Origin: Candidatus Woesearchaeota archaeon
GTDB lineage: Archaea; Nanobdellota; Nanobdellia; Woesearchaeales; ARS49
DNA length: 60,302 nucleotides
Direction of reading: 5' to 3'
NCBI GenBank assembly: GCA_016203305.1
Contig: JACQMY010000027.1
Coordinates: 1-60,302 of the forward strand
A model generated the notes under the pieces. It ran no database searches, was not told where the DNA came from, and worked only from the letters and a program-made list of their open reading frames with translations. The position numbers and the translations under genes are program-made. Below, piece by piece: positions 1 to 8,121 of the stretch (position 1 is its first letter; each line of letters starts with the position of its first letter).

Positions 1-119
1 AAAACAGTTAGTTCAACATTTTAATTAAAACAAAACAAACAACCCTGCAACAATATCACAACTTCCAAATAAATTCTCCAGTTGAAACCAAGGGGTCACA
101 CACTATTGTCATTAAAAAA

Positions 120-135
120 GGAAAGCTTTATATAT
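120..135 (+). promoter_or_regulatory. BRE/TATA-like promoter element (ggaaagctttatatat)
   Basis: A-rich tract plus TTTATATA. The identical 15-mer ggaaagctttatata recurs at 1806-1820 ahead of another gene. It lies inside the 82..969 ORF, which argues that translation starts at ATG 184. Confidence 0.5.
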
Positions 136-183
136 CAATTATCTCTACTACAGAGTAACAACAACCTATATTGGGGGTTCCAC

Positions 184-969
184 ATGATTGTTCAGAAGGA
201 ATTTTTGGCGCGATTGAAGGATTTCGGACTTAACAGTTATGAAGCAAACTTGTGGACCGCCCTGCTTTCTCGTGGTGTCGCAACAGCAGGTGAACTCTCT
301 GACATAGCTAATGTTCCTCGTAGTAGAAGTTATGATGTTCTTGAAAGTTTGGAAAGAAAGGGCTTTGTCATAATGAAGTTGGGCAAGCCAATAAAATACA
401 TTGCAGTTCCCCCTCAAGAAGTTCTAGAGCGCGTTAAAAAATCTATCAAAGAGGATGCTGATCGTCAAGCTACCATGATTGATGGTTTGAGAAAGAGCGA
501 TATTTTGAATGATTTATCCTCGTTATACACCCAAGGTATTCACTTGGTCGAGCCGGTCGACTTGACTGGTGTTGTCAAGAGTCGTCCAAACCTTTACAGC
601 CATATTGGTGCTGCTATTAAGAATGCTCAAAAATCTGTTTTGTTAATGACCAGCGAGTCTGGTCTTGTTCGAAAGTCTGATGAGCTTCGTCCTGCTTTCC
701 AGAAAGCTAAGGAGAAAGGTGTTTCAATTAAAATTTTGGCGTCTGGCAAGCCAACTGCTGCTTTCAAGGCATTGGCTGGTCTTGCTCAGGTTAAACAGGC
801 TGAAATGGTTCCTGCGCGTTTTGTCGTTATTGATGGCAAGCAGGTCATTTGCATGGTGCTGGATGATGCTCAAATTCATCCGAATTATGATTTTGGCGTC
901 TGGGCAAATACAGAGAGCTTTGCCAAGGGCTTTGAGAACATTTTCAAGCTGATTTGGGATAAGAGCTAG
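184..969 (+). CDS. TrmB-family transcriptional regulator (paralog 1)
   Basis: N-terminal winged helix typical of the TrmB family (WTALLSRGVATAGELSDIANVPRSRSYDVLESLERKGFV). ATG 184 is preceded by GGGGG at 173-177. The ORF-track start at 82 is a TTG upstream of the promoter. Confidence 0.85.
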   Translation: MIVQKEFLARLKDFGLNSYEANLWTALLSRGVATAGELSDIANVPRSRSYDVLESLERKGFVIMKLGKPIKYIAVPPQEVLERVKKSIKEDADRQATMIDGLRKSDILNDLSSLYTQGIHLVEPVDLTGVVKSRPNLYSHIGAAIKNAQKSVLLMTSESGLVRKSDELRPAFQKAKEKGVSIKILASGKPTAAFKALAGLAQVKQAEMVPARFVVIDGKQVICMVLDDAQIHPNYDFGVWANTESFAKGFENIFKLIWDKS

Positions 970-1021
970 GCAAACCTTTTTATACTTCTTTTCTTAAATC
1001 GTCATAAGTAAGAGGTGACTT

Positions 1022-1213
1022 ATGGTTGAAGATGTATTGATCAGGATTGTTCTTGCAGTGATTGTGGGAGTGTTGTTTGGTATTGTGTACTGTATGCGCG
1101 TTCTTGTGCTTATGGAGCGTCGTGTTGCTCGTATTGAGGAGCATATTGATCGTGTTGTGCACAAGGTTTTAAGCGAGGAAGTGCGCATTACTAGTAAGCT
1201 CCGGAAGAGATGA
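1022..1213 (+). CDS. small single-pass membrane protein (hypothetical)
   Basis: SD-like gaggtga at 1011-1017 before the ATG. One hydrophobic helix followed by a charged tail. ATGA overlap with the next gene. Confidence 0.5.
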   Translation: MVEDVLIRIVLAVIVGVLFGIVYCMRVLVLMERRVARIEEHIDRVVHKVLSEEVRITSKLRKR

Positions 1214-1626
1214 ACTCTTTTGAGCACTACTTGTATGATGTAATTCCTCGAGGGAGTGTTGTTGGTGTTTTGTTTCCTAAGAGCATTCTTGTTGATGTTT
1301 TGCCGCGTGTTGCTAAGGAGAAAAACGCAAAGGTGTTTTGTCTCGGTTCTGTTGAGGCGCAAAAAAAGTTTGCGCGTGAGGGTGTTTTAGTTGATCGTTC
1401 AGATGGTGTTGATGTTTTTTTGACCGAGCCTGCGGGTGTTTGTTCTGATGGTATGTGGGTTTTGCCTAGTGAGGCAAGGCTTTTGTCTCAGAATGAGGTT
1501 ATCGCGGTTGTGCCTTTAAGCGCTGTGCGTTCTGATGTGCCTGCTGAGTTTGATCTGGTTCCTGCGAGAAAGGTGTTGACTGAGAAGGGACTTTGCGCTC
1601 CTGATTGTTTGGATGAACTCATTTAA
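1210..1626 (+). CDS. short eIF-2B alpha/beta/delta-like protein (tentative)
   Basis: The C-terminal FDLVPARKVLTEKG resembles the fD.tPa..it.iiTE.G end of the eIF-2B/MtnA family. Translationally coupled to the upstream ORF. The function call is weak. Confidence 0.45.
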   Translation: MNSFEHYLYDVIPRGSVVGVLFPKSILVDVLPRVAKEKNAKVFCLGSVEAQKKFAREGVLVDRSDGVDVFLTEPAGVCSDGMWVLPSEARLLSQNEVIAVVPLSAVRSDVPAEFDLVPARKVLTEKGLCAPDCLDELI

Positions 1627-1805
1627 TAGTGTTGATTCTCGCTTGGAGAAATGCGCCTCGATGAGGGGGTATAGATATTGCAGGTCCTCTGGGTAGTATC
1701 AGCAGGTAGGTCACACCATGTAAGGGGCAGTGGTTTTCTAGCGGTTTTGTTTTCAGTAGTTAGGATTGGCACGCTTCTTGATACCACTATTTAGTGACTA
1801 ATGAT

Positions 1806-1820
1806 GGAAAGCTTTATATA
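1806..1820 (+). promoter_or_regulatory. BRE/TATA promoter (ggaaagctttatata)
   Basis: Same 15-mer as at 120-134. The TATA centre is about 27 nt upstream of ATG 1844, implying a leaderless mRNA. Confidence 0.55.
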
Positions 1821-1843
1821 GTGTTTTGCTCTTCATTGTTCTT

Positions 1844-2674
1844 ATGGCTGATGAAGATTTGCGTTTGCTTGAGTGTCGTGCGAGGGAAACAGGAGATCGT
1901 GCTGATTATTTTGCATTTCGTCATGAGCTGAAGCGTGCTGGAAAGCATGGTGGTTTGGACTTGTCTTTGCGTGGTGGTTATGCTGTGGCTGGTGCTGGCA
2001 GGAATCCGACTTATAGCGATGGTGTTGTGTTGCTTCGTAAGGATTGCAAGAGCGAGGTTGTTGGCCCTCATGATGATCTCGTGCACCCGTTTTATGCTGG
2101 CGAGGAGTGTCCGTTGTTGTTTTCTGAGACTTTGGATGCGCGTTTGGACTGTCCGGATGGTGTGTTGTGGAATACTTTTTTGAACACGTTTTCTGGTGTT
2201 TTGTGCAAGGGTAAGCGTCCGGATGACAAGGATGAAGTTGTTGAGTTCAAGATTGTGCCTTTGGCGGTTGAGTTGCTTGGTTTGCAAGGGGTTTCTGTGC
2301 CGGTCTCTTTTGATACGTATGGTGGTGAGGTTTTTAGGACTGATGAGCATAGGTGTAATGTTGTGCTTTCGTCTGCACAAGCACGCAGCAGTAAAGTTTG
2401 GCTTGCTGCTGCTGGTTACAACCAAGATCGTCTTGACCGGTATGTTGTTCGTGCTGAAAGGGAAGCGCGACAAAGAGGCAATGATTTGAGTGAATACTTT
2501 ATGAATTTCTGGGTGCTTAGGAAAAAACCAGAAACCGACCAGTTGTGGCCGTTGGTGCTGAGCGATGGCTACTATTCGGTTGCAAATGGCTACGACAGCG
2601 TCAGCTACGTTGGCCGTTTCGCTCGGGTGCGTCCGCTATCAATGCGAGCCGAAGACTTGGAAACGCGCTCTTAA
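1844..2674 (+). CDS. hypothetical protein
   Basis: Long ORF with the core-gene codon style (T/G-rich third positions). Start moved to ATG 1844 (MADEDL) downstream of the TATA box. No recognisable motifs. Confidence 0.65.
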   Translation: MADEDLRLLECRARETGDRADYFAFRHELKRAGKHGGLDLSLRGGYAVAGAGRNPTYSDGVVLLRKDCKSEVVGPHDDLVHPFYAGEECPLLFSETLDARLDCPDGVLWNTFLNTFSGVLCKGKRPDDKDEVVEFKIVPLAVELLGLQGVSVPVSFDTYGGEVFRTDEHRCNVVLSSAQARSSKVWLAAAGYNQDRLDRYVVRAEREARQRGNDLSEYFMNFWVLRKKPETDQLWPLVLSDGYYSVANGYDSVSYVGRFARVRPLSMRAEDLETRS

Positions 2675-2700
2675 ACTTAGATACTGCGTTTCCGAGTTCC

Positions 2701-2965
2701 CGAAAATCTTAGATTTTCGTGAGCGAGCCACCCGTTCAATAACCGGCGCGTAGCGCCGGCGCGCGAATTTCTCACATTAGGATTCGTTTCATTTGTTGCG
2801 GATACCCCGTTGCTTGCAACGGTTGGGTTAATGCTGCATACACCTATATCAAAGGGTATCTGTAACATTAAACCCGAGAAAACCTTTGGTTTTCTGGGCC
2901 CAGGAAATTCTCTGAATTTTCTTGGGAATCCCAACTATTATCTATAATGCCCCGCCGCTTGCGGC
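2701..2965. terminator. cluster of tetraloop-capped A-tract/T-tract hairpins (putative bidirectional terminators)
   Basis: Hairpins cgaaaatc-tta-gattttcg (2701-2719), ccggcgc-gta-gcgccgg (2743-2759), ccgttg-cttg-caacgg (2806-2821), agaaaacc-ttt-ggttttct (2877-2895), ccaggaaatt..aattttcttgg (2900-2925) and cgccg-cttg-cggcg (2952-2965). The cluster lies between convergent genes. Confidence 0.45.
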
Positions 2966-3021
2966 GATTGAGATTTTTATTTGGTCTGATGACTGTTAGG
3001 TTATCGTGGTGCGAACGTCAA

Positions 3022-3225
3022 TTATTTCTTGATCTGTTTTAGTTCTTTTTCTATCTTGACGAGTTCTGCTTCGAGGTCTTTGATTTTTTGTCTGTTGTCT
3101 TCTAGATTGAGCAGGCTTCCGCATTCTGGGCATTTAAAGTTGAATTCGTGGCTTTGTTCGAAGTCTACTCGCATGCATTTGTTTGCGCAGATGTAGAACT
3201 GGCCGTTTTTTTCTAGTTGTAATAT
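3022..3225 (-). other. tfe: TFE-alpha Zn-ribbon segment, in frame with but separated by TAA from the upstream tfe ORF
   Basis: Hand translation of the minus strand gives ILQLEKNGQFYICANKCMRVDFEQSHEFNFKCPECGSLLNLEDNRQKIKDLEAELVKIEKELKQIKK*. The CxxxC...CxxC Zn ribbon is typical of archaeal TFE-alpha. There is no start codon before the first Cys pair. Confidence 0.7.
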
Positions 3226-3534
3226 TTATAGTAGTCTTTCGTGTTTTTTCTTTTTGATGTCTTTCACAAGGTCTTTTATTCTTTTTTGGTTGAACGTCCA
3301 GTAGTAGATGTACCATCCTTTTTTCTTGTCTTTTTTTCTGATGAAGCTTACAAGATTGTGGTCATATAGCCTGTATAGCATGTTGCGTACTAGGTTGATT
3401 TCTTTTTTCATCGTGCCCGCGAGCTTAAACTCGCTGACGTTGCTTTTGTTGCGCAAGTGCTTGACTAATTGAAGGACGTCCTGTCCTGTCAGTTCAGAAA
3501 CGACTTCATCGATGGTTTTGCTTGTTATTTTCAT
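3226..3534 (-). CDS. tfe: transcription factor E (TFE-alpha) winged-helix part, ending at an in-frame TAA
   Basis: Winged helix with KKKGWYIYYWTF, characteristic of TFE/TFIIE-alpha. The stop at 3226-3228 is in frame with the Zn-ribbon segment 3022-3225. Confidence 0.8.
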   Translation of the reverse strand: MKITSKTIDEVVSELTGQDVLQLVKHLRNKSNVSEFKLAGTMKKEINLVRNMLYRLYDHNLVSFIRKKDKKKGWYIYYWTFNQKRIKDLVKDIKKKKHERLL

Positions 3535-3610
3535 TTACGGTTTGCTCTGGTGGCGGGTTTATATACTTTGCTGTTGGCTTTTAGCTCTTAGTTTTTGCAA
3601 TTATTTCCGA

Positions 3611-3700
3611 TAGCCAATTGCCAACAACCTTCATCCTAATACCTAATGCCCAACTGCCTAATCCCTTCGTCCTAATTCCTTCATCCTTCCGCCTTCACCC
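3611..3700 (+). repeat. heptanucleotide-periodic G-poor array
   Basis: ccttcat|cctaata|cctaatg ... ccttcgt|cctaatt|ccttcat|ccttccg|ccttcac. Lies between two minus-strand genes yet is C-rich on +. Overlaps the hjc stop codon (3695-3697). Confidence 0.85.
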
Positions 3701-4087
3701 TTTTATGAGTTCTTCGAACAACAGTCCTTTGAGTTCTGCGTGTTCTCTGTTTATTGCGTAATTGTTGCCTGTGTCATTTAGGTCTTCTGGGTTTACAAAT
3801 CTCCAGTGCATGCTGTTGAATCTTACTGCGATTAGTGGTCGTGCTCCTGCGCGTCTGGCGTACTCTACGAGCTCTTTTACTTCTCTTTTTTCAAGGTATT
3901 GGTTGTTTTCTTTTGTTGATTTGCATTCTATAGCGAGATTAATTCCTTGTTTGTTTGCTATTATGTCTGGCGCGGGGTATTTCATGCTGCCGCTTCCTGC
4001 TACTCTGCATGCTGTCCATTGGTTGGTTTGCCAGAAAAGGTGGATTAGTTCCCTTTCTGCATTGTTTCCTTTTTGTTTGTTGCTCAC
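3695..4087 (-). CDS. hjc: Holliday junction resolvase Hjc
   Basis: GNNAERELIHLF...RVAGSGS...PDIIA...LAIECKST matches the archaeal Hjc nuclease motifs. The length (130 aa) is typical. Confidence 0.9.
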   Translation of the reverse strand: MSNKQKGNNAERELIHLFWQTNQWTACRVAGSGSMKYPAPDIIANKQGINLAIECKSTKENNQYLEKREVKELVEYARRAGARPLIAVRFNSMHWRFVNPEDLNDTGNNYAINREHAELKGLLFEELIKG

Positions 4088-4170
4088 AATGTTTTTTTGG
4101 TTTTCCCATTATTAAACATTGTGAATGTAAAATAAGCCGTATTTATGCTCTGTTTGCCAAAAGAAAGCAA

Positions 4171-4182
4171 ATATTTAAATAT
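4171..4182 (+). promoter_or_regulatory. TATA box (atatttaaatat) for the histone gene
   Basis: Palindromic TATA-like element about 35-40 nt upstream of ATG 4215. SD-like ggggtgg at 4203-4209. Confidence 0.5.
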
Positions 4183-4214
4183 CTGGGGAGTTATGGCTTA
4201 TTGGGGTGGTTGTT

Positions 4215-4430
4215 ATGCCAAGTTCGAAACGTTTGATTCCGCTTGCCGCCATGGAGCAGCTTATGAAGCAGGCTGGCGCTGAAAGAGTGTCTGATGACGC
4301 TAAGGCTGCATTAAAGGAAGTTCTAGAGGAGTACGGAAAGCGCATTGCGATGGATGCTGTTCAGCTTGCTTCGCATGCTGGCAGAAAAACCATCAAGGCA
4401 GGTGATATTAAGTTGGCAGCGAAGAAGTGA
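4215..4430 (+). CDS. archaeal histone (HMf family)
   Basis: Histone fold: LPLAAMEQLMKQAGAERVSDDAKAALKEVLEEYGKRIAMDAVQLASHAGRKTIKAGDIKLA. ATG 4215 is preferred over GTG 4206. Confidence 0.9.
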   Translation: MPSSKRLIPLAAMEQLMKQAGAERVSDDAKAALKEVLEEYGKRIAMDAVQLASHAGRKTIKAGDIKLAAKK

Positions 4431-5321
4431 TTACAAATTAACCCGCATAAAATCATACGCGCTAAACACGTTGTCAAATGCAGTCCGCGCATCTTCCTCC
4501 AATTCCAATGTATTCTTGTATCTTGCGCTGAAATGCGTTAGTATCAATTTTTTTACGCTTGCTTGGCTTGCTATTTGTGCTGCTTGTAGTGCTGTTAGGT
4601 GTCCGTGTTCTTCTGCTTTGTCTTGCAATTTGCTGGTGTAAGTGCTGTCAATGATTAACAGGTCTGCATTGGCTGCAAGCATGCCGCAATTTTGGTTTGG
4701 CATGGTGTCGGTTATAAACACTACTTTTTTACCATTGACTATTTTGGTTGTCTCCTCTGGTGTTACTTTTTTGCCTTTCCACGTTATTGTTTCTCCTCGT
4801 TGTAATTGTCCTAATAGCGGTCCTTCGGGTATTCCTAGTTTTTTTACGTGCTCGACATTTATTCTTCTTCTGTCTTTCTCGACAAATGCATATCCTACGC
4901 ATGGCACTGGGTGTTTCATTGGCATGCTTTCCAGTCTGTAGTCTTCGTTTTCGTAGAATGTTCCTTCGTGTACTTCTGTTATGTGGATGTTGAATTTTGT
5001 TTCGAATTCTATTCCTCCGAATAGTTGTTGGAATGCTTTTTTGCTTCCTCTTGGTCCGTAGATGTCCACTGCGTGGCTTAGTTCTAGGCTTGCTATTGTT
5101 AGCAGCAGTCCCGGCAGTCCCAGAATATGGTCTCCGTGCCAGTGGCTGACTAGTATTTTGTTGACTTTTGCCAGGTTTAGGCCTGCTATTCTCATTTGTC
5201 TTTGTGTTCCTTCTGCGCAATCAAACAGCAGTCCTTCTCCTTTGTATTCTAAATACATGGCGCTTGGGTTTCTTTCTTTTGTTGGCATCATGCAGCTTGT
5301 TCCTAAAAACGTTAGTTCCAT
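4431..5321 (-). CDS. rnz: ribonuclease Z (tRNA 3' endonuclease, metallo-beta-lactamase)
   Basis: MELTFLGTS..., HWHGDH motif, length 296 aa. Confidence 0.9.
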   Translation of the reverse strand: MELTFLGTSCMMPTKERNPSAMYLEYKGEGLLFDCAEGTQRQMRIAGLNLAKVNKILVSHWHGDHILGLPGLLLTIASLELSHAVDIYGPRGSKKAFQQLFGGIEFETKFNIHITEVHEGTFYENEDYRLESMPMKHPVPCVGYAFVEKDRRRINVEHVKKLGIPEGPLLGQLQRGETITWKGKKVTPEETTKIVNGKKVVFITDTMPNQNCGMLAANADLLIIDSTYTSKLQDKAEEHGHLTALQAAQIASQASVKKLILTHFSARYKNTLELEEDARTAFDNVFSAYDFMRVNL

Positions 5322-5344
5322 GGGTTTTCTTCGCGAAAGGATGG

Positions 5345-5354
5345 TATTTAAATA
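5345..5354. promoter_or_regulatory. palindromic TATA element (tatttaaata) shared by divergent rnz and endA
   Basis: Perfect 10-nt palindrome. Its centre is about 27-29 nt from both ATGs (5321 on the minus strand, 5377 on the plus strand). Confidence 0.5.
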
Positions 5355-5376
5355 TTTGTGATGGCGTTGTGTGTGT

Positions 5377-5904
5377 ATGGACGTTGTTACTGCTTTGTGG
5401 GTGAAGGGTGCTGTTTTGACTGAGAATAGTCCTGCTGCTCGTGACTTGTTCGATAAGGGCTGTTTTGGCTTTATGCTTGGTGATGGCCGTTTGCAGCTTT
5501 CTTTGTTGGAGGCTTGTTATTTGGTTGAGAAAAAGCGGCTTGTTGTTCTTGATGGTAGGAGTAAGGAGCTTTCTTTTGACAGGTTGTGCCAGCGTGCTGC
5601 CAAGGTTGAGCATGATTTCTGGGTGCGTTATCCTGTGTTTAAGGACTTCCGTAACCGTGGATACGTCATTAAGACTGCTTTGAAGTTTGGTGCTGATTTT
5701 AGGATTTATGATCGTGGCGTTAAGCCTGGTGAGGAGCATGCTAAGTGGGTTGTTTTTCCTGTCAGAGAGTCTGCAAAGTTGACGTGGCAGGATTTTGCTG
5801 CTAAAAACCGTGTTGCTCATAGCACAAAGAAACGCTTGCTGATTGCTGTTGTTGATGATGAGGGTGATGTTAGCTATTGGGAAAGCAGATGGTTGCGGCC
5901 GTAG
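5377..5904 (+). CDS. endA: tRNA-splicing endonuclease
   Basis: LKFGADFRIYDRG...EHAKWVV is the catalytic C-terminal domain signature. ATG 5377 is chosen; GTG 5371 is possible. Confidence 0.85.
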   Translation: MDVVTALWVKGAVLTENSPAARDLFDKGCFGFMLGDGRLQLSLLEACYLVEKKRLVVLDGRSKELSFDRLCQRAAKVEHDFWVRYPVFKDFRNRGYVIKTALKFGADFRIYDRGVKPGEEHAKWVVFPVRESAKLTWQDFAAKNRVAHSTKKRLLIAVVDDEGDVSYWESRWLRP

Positions 5905-5984
5905 TGCGGCTCCCGACTAAGTGCATGGCATGTTTGGAATAAAGTATTTTGAATCGGTTTTGTGCAAGGCAGCTTAAAAATGGA

Positions 5985-6011
5985 AGTATTTATATATTAG
6001 AATATTCTAAT
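5985..6011 (+). promoter_or_regulatory. TATA box plus 16-bp perfect palindrome (candidate ArsR operator)
   Basis: tatttatatat (5987-5997) is followed by ATTAGAATATTCTAAT (5996-6011) and ends 9 nt before ATG 6020. The geometry fits a leaderless transcript with an operator between the TATA box and the start. Confidence 0.55.
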
Positions 6012-6019
6012 AAGTATTT

Positions 6020-6334
6020 ATGCGACAACTTTATGAAATGCACGCAGAGATGTGCAAGGTATTTTCGAATTCAACTCGGTTGGAAATCCTTAATCTGTTG
6101 CGAGATGGAGAACTGTCGGTTACCGGGCTTATAAAAAAGACAAATTTGAGTCAGGCGAATATTTCTCAGCACTTATCCATCATGAAGTCCAAAGGTATTG
6201 TTGCTTCACGCAGGCGAGGAAAGAACAGTTACTATATGCTTGAAAATCCGAAGATTATCAAAGCTTTTGATATTATTCGGGAAATTTTGGCTGAAAAACT
6301 AAAGGAGCAGGGGAAGATTGTTAATAGATTATGA
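6020..6334 (+). CDS. ArsR/SmtB-family metalloregulator
   Basis: The HTH CKVFSNSTRLEILNLLRDGELSVTGLIKKTNLSQANISQHLSIMKSKGIV is typical of ArsR/SmtB. Confidence 0.9.
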   Translation: MRQLYEMHAEMCKVFSNSTRLEILNLLRDGELSVTGLIKKTNLSQANISQHLSIMKSKGIVASRRRGKNSYYMLENPKIIKAFDIIREILAEKLKEQGKIVNRL

Positions 6335-6343
6335 GGCGAGGAC

Positions 6344-6898
6344 ATGAGAAAAATATTTTTCACAATGATGGTTGTTCTGTTAGCGAACGTTAGTTTGGTT
6401 TCCGCACACGAACATAATTTTGCTGAGACAAAGCAACTTATCGACTTGGGGATTGGCTGTGATAAACTCACGGATGGACAACTTGAGGCTTTTGGGGATT
6501 ATTATATGGAACAAATGCATCCTGGCGAGGCACATGGAATGGTGGATAAAATGATGGGCGGGAAAGGTTCTGAAAGCTTAAAGCAAATGCACATTCAGAT
6601 GGCTAAAATGTTTTATTGTGGTGAAGCTGTTGGTGGAATGATGGGTGGAGGCATGAACATGATGGGTGGTGGTATGATGGGTAACTATCCAGTCTATGGC
6701 GATTACGGTTATTGGATGTTTTTCTGGATATTGCTGCTCATAGCAGTCATCTTTGTCATAGTGTGGCTTGTCTACAAATTTGTGATGAAGGATAACTCGG
6801 CCTCTGAGACTCCGCTTGGTATTTTAAAGAGGCGGTTTGCCAAAGGCGAGATAACAAAAAAGCAGTTTGATGGTATGAAGAAAGATATGGGAGTCTGA
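6344..6898 (+). CDS. secreted/membrane Met-Gly-rich protein with C-terminal SHOCT domain
   Basis: Signal peptide, His/Met-rich segment (HEH, MMGGGMNMMGGGMMG), one TM helix, then LKRRFAKGEITKKQFDGMKKDM (SHOCT-like). Confidence 0.75.
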   Translation: MRKIFFTMMVVLLANVSLVSAHEHNFAETKQLIDLGIGCDKLTDGQLEAFGDYYMEQMHPGEAHGMVDKMMGGKGSESLKQMHIQMAKMFYCGEAVGGMMGGGMNMMGGGMMGNYPVYGDYGYWMFFWILLLIAVIFVIVWLVYKFVMKDNSASETPLGILKRRFAKGEITKKQFDGMKKDMGV

Positions 6899-7191
6899 TG
6901 ATTATGGAGGAAAATAGGAACGTGTGGATCTGGGTAGCGCTCGCTGTCGTAATGCTTCTATTCTTTGGCGGTTTTGGAATGGGCGGATATGGCATGATGG
7001 GTGGCATGGGTTTTGGTTTTCTCTTTATGATTCTGTTCTGGGGAGTGCTGATATGGTTGGTCATAGCACTTGTTACTGCAGCTCGATCGAGCAAAAAGGG
7101 AGATGATGCTTTGACAATGCTAAAGCGGAGATATGCTTCAGGAGAGCTCTCAAAGAAGCAGTATGAGGAGATGAAAAAGGGATTGAGATGA
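6898..7191 (+). CDS. membrane Gly-Met-rich protein with SHOCT domain
   Basis: GGFGMGGYGMMGGMGFGF, one TM helix, LKRRYASGELSKKQYEEMKKGL. ATGA overlap with the upstream gene. Confidence 0.7.
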   Translation: MIMEENRNVWIWVALAVVMLLFFGGFGMGGYGMMGGMGFGFLFMILFWGVLIWLVIALVTAARSSKKGDDALTMLKRRYASGELSKKQYEEMKKGLR

Positions 7192-7397
7192 GGCCGTTAA
7201 ACATTACTAGACTGGTCAATGGTGGGTTGTTGGTACTTGGTCTGCTCTTTTTCAAGCCGCTTGCTTATTTTGTCGCGGTGATGATGATTATCGCAGGATT
7301 AACGAATTACTGCATTATGGAGAAGTTGTTACAAAGATTGGGTTTTAAAGATGGTCGTGTTATGAAAACATCTTGTGAAGTCGAGAAGCATGGTTGA
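7188..7397 (+). CDS. DUF2892-like small membrane protein
   Basis: R..NGGLLVLGL...AGLTNYC pattern with two hydrophobic helices. Overlaps its neighbours. Confidence 0.55.
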   Translation: MRPLNITRLVNGGLLVLGLLFFKPLAYFVAVMMIIAGLTNYCIMEKLLQRLGFKDGRVMKTSCEVEKHG

Positions 7398-8121
7398 AAA
7401 ATCAATTGAAGCCCAAAAAGCGGTCGAGCTCATCGAGTGTGGCGTGGACGGGGTGCGCGAGACAAAAGTGGCATCTCAGGATACTTTAGCGGTTGAATGG
7501 GACCGCTTTATGCGATTAGGCCAGGTTGCCGCGCATGTTAACGCACTAGCGTTGCCGAAAGGAACATTAATTCTTGACGTTGGCGGTTTTGATGGCGCGT
7601 TTGCTCTCTTTGTTCCTGGTCTTCGCGTGTGGGTTGTTGATCCTATAACGACGAGTGGCAGTGGACTTGCGCTTCCTTTTCCAGATGGACATTTTGATGT
7701 TGTTGTGAGCATTGATGCACTCGAGCACGTTCCGAGAGGACAGCGTGAGCAGCTTTTGCGCGAGCTTGTGCGCGTGTGCCGCAAAAGCTTGTTCATTAAT
7801 TTTCCAGAAGCGCGGAGCATGTCTGCTCAAAGGCAAGTCTTGTCACTTGTGCAGAACAAGTTTATTCAAGAGCACGTTGAATACAACTTGCCCGGTCGTG
7901 AGGAAACAACCGCAACCCTCAAACGTTTATGTCCAGACATCAAAATCAATGCAGTGGGTCATACGAGCATCTCCGTGTGGGTCCCATGGTACGTGTTGTT
8001 TCACACTGCAAAAGATCGCGGTCTTGCAATCTCTGCGTTTCTTAAGGACCGCAAAAATGAAGTAAACCAACCGCCATTTCTCTATGACTTGCTCGAATGC
8101 AGCATGGGAGGTGCATTATGA
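7390..8121 (+). CDS. class I SAM-dependent methyltransferase
   Basis: ILDVGGFDG (motif I) and FDVVVSIDALEHVP. ATG 7390 is preferred over GTG 7375. Confidence 0.75.
   Translation: MVEKSIEAQKAVELIECGVDGVRETKVASQDTLAVEWDRFMRLGQVAAHVNALALPKGTLILDVGGFDGAFALFVPGLRVWVVDPITTSGSGLALPFPDGHFDVVVSIDALEHVPRGQREQLLRELVRVCRKSLFINFPEARSMSAQRQVLSLVQNKFIQEHVEYNLPGREETTATLKRLCPDIKINAVGHTSISVWVPWYVLFHTAKDRGLAISAFLKDRKNEVNQPPFLYDLLECSMGGAL

Noticed and set aside
2675-3021. The roughly 350-nt hairpin-rich convergent spacer was considered as an RNase P RNA, SRP RNA or other large ncRNA.
   Set aside because: I could not find hallmark motifs (for example the RNase P CR-I GAGGAAAGUCC or SRP domain IV consensus). The hairpins are generic and are shared with the other spacers at 8545 and 11909.
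5949-6134. ORF 5949..6134 (61 aa) overlaps the arsR promoter and 5' end.
   Set aside because: It overlaps the TATA box, the operator and the well-supported arsR CDS in another frame. Its sequence is not protein-like.
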